Shown piece after piece: positions 36,463-50,900 of a DNA stretch of 64,000 nt. The notes below the pieces were generated by a model, which saw only the letters and a list, made by a program, of their open reading frames with translations, was not told where the DNA came from and did not search any database. Origin of the DNA: Trichinella spiralis. Taxonomy: Eukaryota. Every line of letters starts with the position of its first letter. The stretch's first letter is position 1. The stretch spans positions 416,422 through 480,421 of the forward strand of contig NW_003526947.1 in assembly GCF_000181795.1 (NCBI RefSeq). The letters run 5' to 3'. A program made the translations under genes and the position numbers.

Positions 36463-39400
36463 AGTAGAAATGCTTCGTGAAAATTGGAAACACAATATTC
36501 TGAGCAAATTATATTCTGCTTACATTACATAATTTATATTGTCTTATGAATTTTTCATGAAATACACTACCTACATGCACTAGTCAATTTTAACATCGTC
36601 AACAAATCTATTCACGACACAACAAATACATGTATACGCTGATGAAAATTTATTCACCCATTTCCACCATTAGTGAACAATAGAATATCATCCAGACATC
36701 ATAAAAAAACGCACACACATACACACACAAACCAGAAATTCTGCATGAAATACTTGAAATTCTATTTCACAGTTGTCATTTAAAATTATTTTTTTAAACT
36801 TTGAACAAATGCTAAATTAATTTATCATAGGTTTGATCAAATTCCAGAATTAGAAAATAATAACATTTAAACTTTAATAACAGTCCATAAAATATTGTAA
36901 TTAAAAATAATTATTGTATTCAAAGCACAAATAGAGATGAAATGCAAAAGCTGTTCTCAATAAATAAATTTGATCGCGATATTTTCATATAAATTATGCT
37001 TCAAGTGTTTTATGCAGTCACATAAATACAGTTCTATTAAAATCTGGATACAAATTTTAAAATTTAAGCACTTACAAATAATTTTCATTTATTAAACATT
37101 AAGCTACAAACTCATTGAACTATAGGAAACCTTGGCAAAAACAAAAATACAGATGCATTATTTCTTTTAATTTTATTCCAAATATGATTTATTTTAAATA
37201 TATTCATAAAAAATAATATTCTTTTCGTTGTATTACGCAGCATTTTATCATCACTACTAATTGTAAAAGTACACTGTTTGAAAATGATTACTTCATAGAA
37301 TAAAAATTCAAACTACCATAATATCTGTGGTGTTATTTCTATGAATACAATTTTATAAAATCGCAACAATATAATGAACAAGGTAGAATGTATAGATCAA
37401 TTTTGGCACATAAAAGATGTTTGTGCATTCTGCAAATGGGCAAGCCACACTGCAGGCTGACTTGAAGCTTAAGCATTGCGGGAAAACTTGAGAGCATTAT
37501 TAAAACAATGGCATAAAACTGCAAAGCTGCTGTGCATTCATTGTTCAACCGCTTAAATATTGTGCATTTACACGTATTCTATACAACGACAACAATCAAT
37601 CCAATCATTCATTAATAAAGTGAAATACAATGCTTCATCGTTAATGAATATAACTATTCGTGTAAATTATACATTGCAGTAAAAATAATTAAATAAAAAT
37701 AGAAATAATAACTGTAGATGTAAGCGACTGAAACAAGCTATAAATAAATATACAAATAGTATAAACACGAAATTACAAAAAAAAGAAGTGCAATGGCAGA
37801 TATAATTGCTGGTCTATCAAGCACAAATATTTTGTAATTTTTTCCCATTAAAAGTTTCATTGAAAATTTCGTAATAATAATTGTAAATATTATAACAATT
37901 CTATATAAAATATAATCTATATATATAATATAAAAGAATATTCATGAGCAAATGTAACATTGCGTGTTTAACAATATAATGTTTTATGTGCATAAATAAT
38001 TTTGGCTATTTATATTTCAAGTGCAAACTTTTCACTATCATAAACAGCAAAGAAACTATTATTATAGAGCTGAAAATATTTCTTATCAAAATTACATCAT
38101 TCTGTGAAATTCAAAATCTTTTTAAATACAGCAAACTCCGGAAATATTTTTCTCCAAAAGAAATAATTAAATACAATGACCTGCTCCTAATTCACTTTAA
38201 AATATTATAATAACACAAGCAGCATCATTTTCACTTTTCACATTGAAAAGAAAAATACTATTCAATCATTAAAGCAAAATTCAGTTTTTTTATTAAACAA
38301 ACAAAAACGGAATTATTTTATTATTAGTTTAATTTAAAAATAGTTTTCCAAGACGAAACGGCCTGTAAAAATATTTTTTAAGTTTCTTAAAAATGTAATT
38401 CAAAAAATTCGTTCAACGAAATAATATACAGTGGTTAAACAAAAGGAATATTAGAACGGTAATGTAAAAATTTTTTAAATACAATAAATAAATTTATAAA
38501 CAACTGTGACAATATGTGATTAGTGAATTTATTGTTAATATTGATGCTGAATGCATTCATTGTTCTCTATTTGAAATTTTTCACAATATCAATCAACATA
38601 ATAATATACAAAAAAAAGAATTTCATAAAATTATTGTATAGAATGAAAAAATATTGTTTGATATTAAATCTTGCGTTCACTTTTGTATAAAAAGTACAGT
38701 TTGATTAATTAATTAAACTGGATAGAAGTCGGAAAACAGAATTTCATGAGCAAAAGCTGAAATGATCATATCAGCTCCGCGTTTAGTATAGAAAATAACA
38801 TATATATACGTAGGATGTAAGCAAATGCGACGAGACGGCATGTAAAACAGCGCTAAATACACTGCAAATTTATTCCCTATTATTTAAGATGACAGCTTCG
38901 CTGTTACAAGCAATGAAAAGTTTGCCGTGAGAAATGAGAAAATATTACGCCCGCGACATGGACACACAATGCTGCTTGCACAACAACGGAACTGAGTGCA
39001 CCCTGTTTGCACACCTGTGACGAAGGCAGCTTGTTCACACCGACAGATTCGACGCAAACAATGATCAAATAAATTCCAAATTTTACGTCAAACAGCAAAC
39101 AGAAGCACATGGCCAATATTGTCCAATTTCGATCAGACGGGCCAGCATTTGCCTGATACCGTCGTCTCTGATATCACACTATCAATGTAAGCTTGTTATT
39201 CAAATGAACAAAGTAGAATTTGAATTGTGAAAAGCATTTCAACTGACGTCAACTAATTTTCAACGTCGTTCAACAATTTCAATCGTAAATTGTCATTCTT
39301 GAACCGCCAACAATAGATTAAAACTTGAAAGTCAATAACAAGTAGTACAGTATATCAGCTAAAGATTGTTGAAAGAACTGCTGCTGAGAGGAGAAGAGAA

Positions 39401-42400
39401 AAATGAAATTTTCAATAGATTAATTTTAAAAAAATTTTTATTTAAAAAGAATTATTTTTAAGTAATTAAAATTTGTATAATAAATGTATTACAAGAACGC
39501 GTTGAAGTCGTGTAATGTCAACAAAGAAAAATGATAAAAATAATGTTATGATGTTGTAAGTTGTGTTGAAAGGGAGAAAATGTGATTATAAAATTGAGCA
39601 TGAATGGACAGATGTTGGAAGATCAAAGGCAAAAAAAAAAGATTAATATTTTGGAAATTTGATGTCGGTAGTGTTGTTGTACGGTCGTGGCAGCTTCGGG
39701 CGTGGGATTTTCCTACTGTAAGAAATTGTAGAGCCCAAAATGAAACGTTTCGACGTGAGGTCGGCAAATATTGCGCACCGAGGTCAGAGAATTTTCCTGC
39801 TTGTGTGGTGTTTGCATAATGATCACGTTTGGGCGTTGTTCGACAGTTGGGGTTGATTTGGCATAATAAAACAATGATTGAAGCGTAATTCGCGCGGCCC
39901 CAGTGCAGGCCGAGCTCTATCTTTTTGTGTTTGTTCAATAGCGATATGTCATCGACAGGATGAAATCGATCAATTTGACAAGCTAAAAACGGCACACACT
40001 TGACCCAAAGAAAAAGAGCCGCGGCCGTGACCGTGACACGGCACAAGATTGGCCGCGTTGAGTGGAGCCAATTTTCACAATTTCAGCTTAACATCAAACA
40101 CTAGCAATGATGAACATCAGAAATGACGCCACTTGGGTCGAAGCCGGGTCATCTTAAGAATAGAAAAGCATCAAATTGTAAAGTAGACGCCAACCGTTCA
40201 TTGTCATATTCACGACAATGCCATAAAAAAATGCTCGATCAAAAATCCATTTACAATAATATAATAGGCGGGGATAGATGATGTGAAGATAAGAATATTG
40301 GTCAACTATGAACACACCCACGTCTTTTTCCAAGATATGCATGCCATTACGGATGTGACGTAAATGCAAGTATTTTTTCCATTGAAAACAAAAAGAGGAA
40401 AAAAATGTGAAAAAAAATCCCGTATTATAATAATCGCCTTGATGCCTCTCTTTGGGCATTAAGTGAATGAAGAAGGAGAAAAAAAATTAATAGTAATAAT
40501 AATAATAATATGATTTTTTTCAATGTAAGAATATTTTTATGGAAAATTTACTTGCCGTTAACTTCACTTTTTCAATAATTGTCGTTGTTGTTCAACGGAA
40601 GTGAAAAACCAAAAAGAAAGCAGAAAACTTCTCTTTCTGTAATATTTTTGAAAATCGAGACGATCGTTTCATATATACAAATTTGATCTCACTTTTGATC
40701 ATTTTTCTCTTACGGTAGAATAGTTTACAATTGAATGTTTTGGGGGGGAAGAGAAAAAAGAAAGACAAAACAACTAACTGTTTATTACGCACAAAATGCA
40801 TTGCCATTCATCGATGAAAATCAATAACATTAAAAGTGATAATAACAAAAAATTCATAATAGATAAGACGAAAAGAAATATAGAATATTTATTTTGCGTT
40901 TCTTTTGCATCAATTGATCAACACCAACTGTTGTAAATTTTAAAATTTCTCTAAAAATTAATATTAAAAGAAAAGAATTTTTTTGAATAATTTTTCATCA
41001 ATCGGTTAGGATTGATCCGAAAAATACAAAAAGCATACATTGATTTGTAATCAATGTTTGTTTTGCAAAAATTTAAAAAATTTTTATTAAAAAAATAATT
41101 TCTAATAAATTATTGAAGATATAATGTAAATTATCATTTGGGTTCAGTTGTTGAAAATTAAATATTTGCATTAATTTGTATGTGAAGAAGGGAAGATTAC
41201 AACACGCGTTAGTTGAGCGTCAATTCAACAATGCGCAGCTTTACTACGAAAAGCATGCTAAAAGCAAAGAATATTATTGTGCACATAACGATAATAATAA
41301 GAATAATAATAATGAAATGAAAACGATAATTCTCTAGTCAATAGTGAACGATTTGTTTGTTTGCTTGACCCGGTCAGTCGCTGATACGTAGAAAAATTGT
41401 CAGAGAATATGCCAAATATTATCAACTGATATGTATAATGCATATTCAAATATGAATTGAAAAAAATCATTCAAGTATCGCATTTATCTATATAACATGC
41501 AAATACAAATAAGCAAATAAATTAGTATATATACATTTATTTATTTATTCTTGTGTAGAGTTATGTTATTTTCTTTTTTTCCAATTATTTTTTACATAGC
41601 AAATTTTTATTTTAACACATTTTCATTGTATTCAGCAAAGCACGCATGAAATGATCAATATGTAAAGCTTACACGGAATGAATTTATGAAAAATATTAAA
41701 AGTAAATATTGGAGAAAAAAATTTTTTAAATAATTAGTAAAGAAGTTGACAAAAAAATAAAATAAAAATTTTCTATAATGAACAAGTTTTAATTTTGAAA
41801 GCATGTCAACGATGGAACCTGTTCTCTGTTCTCTGTTCTCTGTCTGTCTGTCTGTCTGTCTGTCTGTCGTTCTCTCTCTTTCTCTGTTGGCTTGTCATCG
41901 AGTTTGCCACTTGCTCAACGTTGCAGAAATGCATTATAATTTCATACCCGGAAGTGGAAAATTTTTAATTTTTTGTTTTGTAATCAGAACAAACGAACTT
42001 TAATTAATAAATAAAATAAAATAAAATATAAATTGTACAATTTACTCTTATGTATATTTAATTAACATGTAATTTAACCGGTTGGAAAATTAATAACAAT
42101 AATAATCATGTTCAGTCAAATTTCATTTTCGTTCCATTTCGTTTTTTAATGTGTAAACTGATTTGGTGAAATTTAAATTCCTCTTTACCCAGATTTAGTG
42201 ATTTTTGCACTGCCAAAAGTGATGATCAGTTGGAAAAAAAATCGTATAAAATTAAGCCACTCTTTCGAAAGTTTCGAATTATCAAAGATGAAAAACAAAT
42301 TTTCTTCAAAATGCGCCACTAATCGGCACATAATCCAGCCTGAGCTGGCTGCAACTTTACGAATCCCGACGTTTGTATTCCAAGCATAGCATCTGTGCTG

Positions 42401-43845
42401 AAGTTGGATGAGACTTATTATGAGATCGATTCGAAAATATAATTCTTCCTACTTCTGCATTAATTAATATGCGCATACAGCTCTGAAAACTGCTATTGCG
42501 AAATTACAAATTTATCTCGCTGATCAACTACCAACGGTCATTGTTCCTTTGCAGAATTTGCTCGCAAATGTACTCTATTTCAAGGCGAAGCAAATTTTTG
42601 TGAACACTACGAATTGAGAAATCAAACTCGCAAATATTGCAATTCAACAAATTTCCCCGAGCTTGACAATTTATTATTACAAATAAATAATTTATACATG
42701 GCAATTTTGTGTTGTATTATTGGTAAATGAGAAAGTTTAATACAAAAGTAATTTATTCGAAACGCCTTTGTCATCTGTGTTTCATTAGCTTTGCAATTGA
42801 TTGTTCAATTGGCTAGGACACCGTTGAAGATCGTCCACTGCGATTGTACAAACCCATTGTATGGCAACTTCAACTATAGAACTGTACGACAACCTGACCT
42901 TTGCGCTCATGGGTGGCTCACGAGACGAACAATCACGACCTACAGTATGTAAACTTTGATTTCGACTATTAACATTAAATGAACAATAAAAAAAAGAACC
43001 ATAATAAAAATGAATTTGATTTTATTAATAAATTATAATTTTTAACACATTTTTTGTTGTTTTATTTATTTTACAACTTTGGAACAATTTTTCATTGAAC
43101 ATATTTTCCAAATGTACAAATAAAACGAATTTAAAATTTTGTCAATGCATAATTTAACTAAAAAATATGTTATTATGAAATTAAATCAATTTTTTGCCAA
43201 TAATAAGATACTTTTTTTAAAAATAAAACCTGATTATCAATAAATAATGCGTTATTAAGAAATGAGTTTTAAAATTATTAAAAATAAGGAAAATTTATTA
43301 AATAAAATCAAAATAATATTTTAAAAATAATTTTAAATAAAATTTTAAATATTTTTTAGAAAAAAGTGATAAAATAATTGTCCAAGCGATTTGTTATAGC
43401 AACGGCGCTCAGGTTCGATGCGAATTAAGCTCGAGTGACGGAAACTTTTCCAGTGAGTCTGTAGCGCAGTCTGCTGGCAGCTGTGTCGCCGTCTGCGTCG
43501 CGCTTGAACGTTTAAGTTGGTTGTTCGGTTGGGCCTGCCGTTTTGTTCAATTTGGCGTTGCTTTGTGTGGTGCGGTTTGTGCAGTTTGGAAAAAAACGCT
43601 CAAAGATTTGTCTTGCCATTGTCGATGGTTTTCTCCTGCTTCCCTTCCCCCTCTGCGTCATTTCTTTCGTTTTTGCTGCCCTTATTTCGGCGGTTTGTCA
43701 ATTTTTACAATCTGCACGGTATTTTCTTTTCATTTTCAAGTATACGCTTTGTCGTCACTGATTTCGCTCACTTAGCCAGCGACGGTGATAGTAATTTTAC
43801 TAATGGTGGTATTATGGCGGTTTAGCCTGCTTTAGGTTAACTGTT

Positions 43846-43893
43846 GTGTTAGTTACTTAGTTAGTTAGTTAGTTAGTTAGTTGGTTAGTTAGT

Positions 43894-43928
<35 letters not shown>

Positions 43929-44240
43929 CTTGTAGTTAGTTTAATGAGTTAATTTAGTTAAGTTAAGTTAAGTTAAGTTTAGTTTAGTTTAGTTAAGTTT
44001 AGTTAGTTAGTTATTTAGTTTAGTTTAGTTTAGTTAGTTAGTTAGTTAGTCAGTTAATTTGGTTGGTTGATTAGATGGTTGATTGATTGGTTGGTTAGCT
44101 AGTCGGTTGATTGGATGGTTAGTTGGTTGGTTCGTTGCTTGGTTGTTTGATTGGCTGGTTAGTTGGTTGGTTGGTTGATTGGTTGGCTGGTTGGTTACTT
44201 AGTTAGTTAGTTGGTCGGTTGGTTAGTTAGTTAGTTGGTT
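43846..44240. repeat. Compound microsatellite (TTAG)n / (TTTAG)n / (TTAAG)n grading into (TTGG)n
   Basis: Directly visible ~400 bp of tandem 4-5 nt units. Confidence 0.97.
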
Positions 44241-44389
44241 GTATTGCTATTGTCAGCGCTTGTCGCGCGCGTTTGATCGATCTTCCGAGTCGTCGACGGG
44301 CCAAAGTTGCAACGTTTGGTTGTGCGCACACGCGCGCACATACTTTTACACAGGATTGTCAGAATGTATTTGAATTTTTTCAGCATTCG

Positions 44390-47300
44390 ATGACGTCTAC
44401 GTCCGCCTCGTCGTCCACGTCGTCGGGCCGTGGCGATGATTTGCTTCGGGCCACGCTGGGCGATCCATTTTTGAAGAGCAAAATTACGTGTAACGTCAGT
44501 TCTCCGGTTCCGGACGGCGATGATTTCGATCCACTGCCGCGGGATCGTTGCAATTCTTGGCCGCTGCAGAAAGCGCACGGCGAATTCGCCCATCACACGT
44601 CGCCGCTTATTCACGAAGAAATACCTGAAGAAGGAAGTGACACCGGCTCCAATCAAGATTTGCCTGCCAGTCGAGTACCGGTGCACGGTTCCAGTGAAGT
44701 TTTGGGCTCGACTTTGAACACCAACCCGTCGTCGTCGGTAGGCGAATTTCCTCCGGGCAAGCGGAGCTCTTCGCGTCGCAACGCTTGGGGAAACCTCAGC
44801 TACGCCGACTTGATCACGCAGGCAATAATGAGCACACCGGAAAAGCGGCTCACTCTTTCTCAAATTTACGATTGGATGGTCAAAAATGTGCCATACTTCA
44901 GGGACAAAGGCGACAGCAACAGTTCAGCAGGCTGGAAGGTTAGTTTATCTTTTTACGGACATCATTTTTTTCTGTTTTCTTTTTACCAACTCGGAATGCG
45001 AAGAGTGTATTTAGGATTTTTCATATTATTACAATATACATTAATAATAATTACGAGGTACTTTTCTGTTTGTCTGTTTTTTTATTTTTCCTTTTTCTTC
45101 CTGTATAGTCACATTAAGATTGATTGATTCTCATTTCTTTGCGGTTTTTTCCTTATTCATTTTGATAAGCTCAATTGGAAGCGGGTTTTGTCAGGTGAAT
45201 TTGATCGATCGCGTCACTCGTAAAAGGTGCTTTTTGTTAATATAGTCAAGCATGAAAAAAATAGAAATGAAAAGGCTATCTTTTCAGTGAGAAAAAGAAA
45301 AGCGAAATGACTACTGCGTCGCACGCCTATTTTACTGTCAATAATCTTCATTTTCCAACTGTTTGCTGAGGTCTTACGTTTCATCTTTGACGGGTGTTAA
45401 GCACTGTCGGCCAAGCCACACGTAGTAATTGTGTCCTCGTGTGCGTGTGTGTATGTTTGTGTCGATTGTTCGCCCGCCGTCTTTGTTCTTTTGGCTTTTT
45501 ACACTCGCTTCTATATCTAGCCATCCATTTATCCGTCTGTCTATCTATCCCAGCGCATTTTCGCATTTGCTTCGCGTTAGCTTTCGTTTGCGTTGTTATT
45601 AATGAATCGGGCGCGCGCGATGAACGTGCGGCAGCGTTTTCTCTTCTTTCTCTACCCAGAACACGCGGTTGATGTGTTCTTCTCTTTCTTACTCTAGCTT
45701 TTTCTTTTCTTAAGTTTTATATCTTTCTCATTTTCCTTTGTCTTTTAATTAATTAATTATTTATTTATTTTATGCATTTTTCATCTGCTGTCAACAATGA
45801 ATGAGTATTATTAATTTAACTTTATAATTTTTTCTTTTTAAAATAGCAGTGTGAAAAATGATTAAAATTATTTATTTGCATGAATCGATTGGAAAAGTTT
45901 AGAAATTAGTGTGAACTGATGCTATTATTGCTATTATTATTGCTGCTGTTGCGGCTATCTGGCTATCTATCAAAGCCTGGTTATTTAGTGTTGAATAATA
46001 ATAATAATAATAATAGCGTGTCCTCAAAATGCTTTTCTTTTTGCTACGCTTCTTAGCAATATGGTTGGGTGTGTGTGTGTGTGTGGTGTGTATGCATGCG
46101 CAAACGCGGCGACGGTTTTAATAAAAGTTCTACGCGTTCGATCAAAATCCTGTTTGATTGATTTATAACACACGCGGCGACGTGTTGTCGACGTGACGCT
46201 GCTGACGAAGCTTTTTGCTGCCGTTTTGACGTTGCGCAACGTCGCAATCGTCGGCAGTTGACTGACTATGAGTTACAGTATGACAAATGCGAGGAAGTAT
46301 ATGATTTTTTCAATCATTCATTCATTCGAGTATTGATGTGGGAAAAATTCCAACTTTTGGAAATCAAATGATCAGTTGAACAAGTTGAACTTGGTTTATA
46401 TTAAAAGAAAAAAACAAAATCAAAAAAAATATGTATAGATCGGATATGTGATCTTATTTTAATTTTTATAAAGTATTAAATTTCTTTTACAACACATTAA
46501 TTTTACTCTTATAATTAAGAAAGAAAAAGTTTATTATTCATTTCATAAAAAGAAATGATTGACGTTGGATGTTTGAATGGGGAGGGGCTTTGTAATTGGA
46601 TAGACGTATAGATTGTATGTATAGATGTGTGTGTGTGTGGGTTTGCAGTATTGTGCATATTATTTTCTTGTTTGTTGTAATGATTTAATTTTTTTTCAGA
46701 ACTCCATTCGTCACAATTTGTCGCTACACAGTCGATTTATGCGCATTCAAAATGAAGGGCCGGGCAAGTCGTCTTGGTGGGTAATTGATCCGGACGCGAA
46801 ACCCGGTAAGTCGTCTCGCCGGCGGGCTGGTTCGATGGAAATATCGAAAAAATTGGAAAAAAAGCGTGGTCGTGTTAGGAAGAAAATGGAAGAACTTCGC
46901 ACAGTGAATGGCGTGAACACGAGCGATCCGGCGATGAGCACGTTGAGCCCTTCGTCCGAATCGTCCGACTTGTTCGACAGCGGCTCGATGATGCCGTTCA
47001 ATTTGTCACCAGCGAACGATTTCCGGAATCGTTCCAATTCGGCAGTATCCAGCTACTCTGTCGGCGCGGCTGGACCTTGTCTATCGCCGAAATTTGAAAG
47101 TCGCTTCGACGACTGGCAAGACGACGTGCCGTGTTCAACGGATCCGTCGTATCCGAGCGACCTGTTGGAAAGCATGTCCCATTCGATGTCTTTGACCGAA
47201 CCGCCGCCGTATCCATCCGCCCAGGCTGCCCAGTCGTTTATGTATGGTGAAGAAGAGCCAACGTCGACGTCGCGTTTGCACAACGGCAGCGGCAGTGGTG

Positions 47301-47995
47301 CCGCGACAAAGTACATGGTCGTGTCGCAGCAGCAGCAACAACAACAACGCGGCAGACCGATTGCGAACGCGTTTTCTGTCAAAGGGGCGACATCCCAACA
47401 ATTGACAACAGCTAGCAACGGCCAAGTGGTCTACCAACAACAACAACAACAGCACATGAAAAGCGAACCACCGCCGTATCGTGACATGTACTCGCCGGCA
47501 GTGTCGACTGCGTCGCAAGGTTTGGCTGGCAACAACAACCGTATGCTTCGCCAAGTTTTGCAAAAATCTTCTGGCGCAGGTTCAGTGTTGATGTCGCAAA
47601 ATTCGAGACCACTGCTGATGACCGATTTGGCCCCAATGCGTCATCACCAGCAACCGCAGCACGGCGTCAATGCGCAGCACATGCATCAACATCAACCGAC
47701 CATGCTGCAGCAGATGATGCAAGATCGTCATGCGATGATGCACGAATTTCCACTCTGCTCGCCACTGCTCAGCGGAAGTGCCGCCGCTGCCGCCGCCGCC
47801 GCTGCTGCCGGTCACATGGTCAATTCTTACTCGTCGCTGCCGAGCACAGCTCATTCCAACGGTCAACTTCCGACAGAATTGTCCGAAATGATGTACGATT
47901 CGGAAATCCAATGCGACATCGACCAGGTGATTCGGCACGAGCTGAACATTGCTGGCAATCTCGACTTCAGCGTCGACAATTTCGGTAACATCTAA
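44390..47995 (+). CDS. daf-16: Forkhead box O transcription factor (coding exons 44390-44938 and 46700-47995)
   Basis: [28 protein letters not shown]...[28 protein letters not shown] sites RRRAGSM and RNRSNSA; C-terminal [16 protein letters not shown] activation motif. TTTTCAG acceptors at 44383 and 46699. Confidence 0.97.
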
Positions 47996-50900
47996 ATCAA
48001 AGCTTAAAAAAACGCGTCGTTTATTTCCCCTCCCATTGCACGACGGTTTTTTTGTTGCTTTGCGCGGTGTTATGTGATATTTTTTTTCTTTTTTTCTTTG
48101 ATGCAAAATGGCATATCTTTGGAGGCAAGCGTTTTTTTACCGATTCCAGTTGCACAGTTTTCTTCGGATGTGCGCAACATTTTTGGGATCATTATTCATC
48201 CAGCCAGTCTAATTCCAATCCAGCCTAACCAACCCCTTCCCCTTTTACCCCCATATTATCCTATCCCATCCCATTTGAGCACAACCTTCAACATCGGTCA
48301 AGTCAGTCAAGTCAAATCAAGAAGCCATTTGATTTGACTTTTTCTTTACCATTTCAAAATGGCAACACAATTACCATCACTACCGTTTGACCGTCTTTGT
48401 GTGCGTATTTTTTTTCTTCTAGATTTTTTCCTGCTTTTATTATGCAAGCAGATTGTGTACTGATTACGATGTTTTTGCTTTCTCGTCGTTATTGCAACTG
48501 GCAAATAGCAGTGGTTTTTTAGTATTTTGAAAAAAATCAAAAAAAAAGAGGAGGAGGAGGAGGAGGAGTAATGAACACACGACTGCGCTAGGCTTATTAT
48601 TATTATTTCAACTTTCGTCACCACTGCTATTTTTTTGTTTGCTGTTGCAATATCCATACGACAACATATAATTTTGATGCTGAGGATGATTATTTTTTGC
48701 CATGTGTTTTATACTTTTTTTCTATGTCTGCGCGCGCTTATTCCTGCTGTGTATTGTTTTTTCCCTCTGTCAGGATCGAAATGCGAGAGATATTGCGGGG
48801 AACAATCAACGCCACTGCGCTTTACACAGGGTGATTCGCATTTATTTATCTATTTCATTTCTTCTTTTTTCCTCTGTTCATTTGTGAATTTTTTGTTCTC
48901 AAATTTTGAGTGCAAAAAATAACGTGTAAAATATATTTGTCCATTTTTCTTTCTCCTTCGAATGGAGGAAAGCTTCGCGTTTTCCTTTCGCTCTCGGTAT
49001 GCTCATATTTTCATTTTCTTTGTATTCACTTTGGCGTCGTAGTTTTGGTTGAATTTTTACTATTATATGTTTTTTCAGCGGTGCACTTTCTTTTATTTTC
49101 TTCTATTTTTGGTTTTATTTATTTTTATTTTGTTCACATATATATTTTTTCATTTCAGTTCAGTGAGAATGTTGAGTGAGAAGAGAGTGTATTTTTATTT
49201 ACAGCAATGCCACCCACCATTAGAAGAGCATGCTGCTGCTGCTCATGTGTTGTTTGTTTATTGAAATTTGCACCGAAACAGCAGAATTTGATTTTTTTTT
49301 CACCATCGTGTGCGCATTGTGTTTTTTTCCAGTTGGTATATATATATACATTGAATGATTGTTATTTTATTTTTTCGTTTATCGGCCATGGGCCGACAGC
49401 GATTGTCTGCCGCATTGCAGGGAACTTTGCCGCGCTTCGACATGTATCGTTTGTAATTTGTACAAACTTTTTTATCTTCCTAAACAATGCAGATTATTAT
49501 GATGACGTTGTGGGCGTGACTTGCCGACATCACGTGCCGAACGTTTCGTTTTTCTCTGCTTTTGTTTAATTCTTCATCCCCAAATGGAATAATATAAAAT
49601 ATACTTTGTTTTAAGCAGCAACAGTCTGACGAGTATGCATTCTTTTTTTTTCTTCACTACTGTCTTTCTTTCCCTTCATTTACTACGCTTTACGCTCGGT
49701 TGGAATGCTTTACACACACCACACGCACAGTGAGAAAAAACTATTTATTTATTTATTTATCATTCGCTCACTTTTGTGTTGTGGTTTTGAAATTTCAATT
49801 CACAAAAAGAAAAAAAGGTTTGGTATTTTTCACTTTTTTGCGATCGATGATCATCAACGAGAGAATGCACCAACCTCTACGACGGCGTATTTGTATTTAT
49901 TTATTTATTTATGTGGAAGAGCAACATTGGTTTGGGAAGACAGTAATGAGAGAAGAGTGTTGTTTAAGCAAGAAAAAAAAAGAATTTTTGTTTTTATCTT
50001 TCTGCATTTCTCGTCGTATCATTAAAAAATATATTTTACACTTCATTTTTGGTATCCGCAACAAAAACAACGACATCCATTATATAGTAGTTGGTTGGTT
50101 AATTATACAATCGCGTTAGAGGACGACGACGACGACGCCTTGGATGTATGGTGCAGAGAATTTTGTAAGCAGTATTGAAGAGATTGTATTACCACCATCA
50201 TTCACCATGGCGACGACCAGGACGAGGAGGAGGAGGAGGACGTTATTCACGTAGAGAAGACAGAGCAGTGTTTTTTGAATGAATTGATGGACAGAGACAG
50301 CAAAAAGAGAAAAAAAAGAATAATGCAACATGAGCCGATTGGTTATTTCTTGATAGAGAAAGAGAGAGAAGAGCGGCAAAATTTATAACAATTTTTCGAA
50401 AACTTCTGTATTGGTGTTTTGTTTGTTTGTGCTTTTTCTTCTACTTTTGCCCAGAAAAGTGATGTCGAACAGAAATTGGAAGCAGACGGAGAAGCTGAGA
50501 AAAAATACAGAATGTTTGTTTGTTTTTTCAATTTTCCTCTTTTTCGAGCAATTTTTTCTGTCCTGTCTTTTAAAAATATTGCTGTCTCTTATATTTCCAG
50601 TCCTCCCTTTCACTTTTACATTTATTCAGTGTCTGTTTTTGTTGCGAAGTGTAAATAAAAATGGTTTCTGCCAAAGAATGGATTTTTTTGTCTGTCTGTC
50701 AATGTTTGTTTGTTTGTTAGCTAGACGAAGGCAGTCAGTGATTTTCATATATACACCTGTGCTGGAATTCGTGCTCGTCGCATGTACAGTAAGTATATAC
50801 GCGCGTGTTGGTTGAATTTCGAAATTTCAATTTTATCATTATTATTTGCATGGTGAGTGGAGGTAAATGGAACACAACAACCAGCTCTCTCAGGTTTGGT

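Noticed and set aside
35939..36532. 197-aa plus-strand ORF
   Set aside because: Antisense to the IR-like gene, non-ATG start and no motifs.
39546..40046. 166-aa minus-strand ORF
   Set aside because: Non-ATG start, no motifs, runs into low-complexity AT-rich sequence; better explained as a non-coding island.
43846..44240. TTAG array as an interstitial telomere or CRISPR-like array
   Set aside because: The unit is not TTAGGC/TTAGGG and there are no unique spacers; it is a simple compound microsatellite in a eukaryote.
44231..48106. Several minus-strand ORFs of 70-210 aa over FOXO (e.g. 44231-44863, 47135-47563, 47582-48106)
   Set aside because: Antisense shadows of GC-rich FOXO exons with no recognisable motifs.
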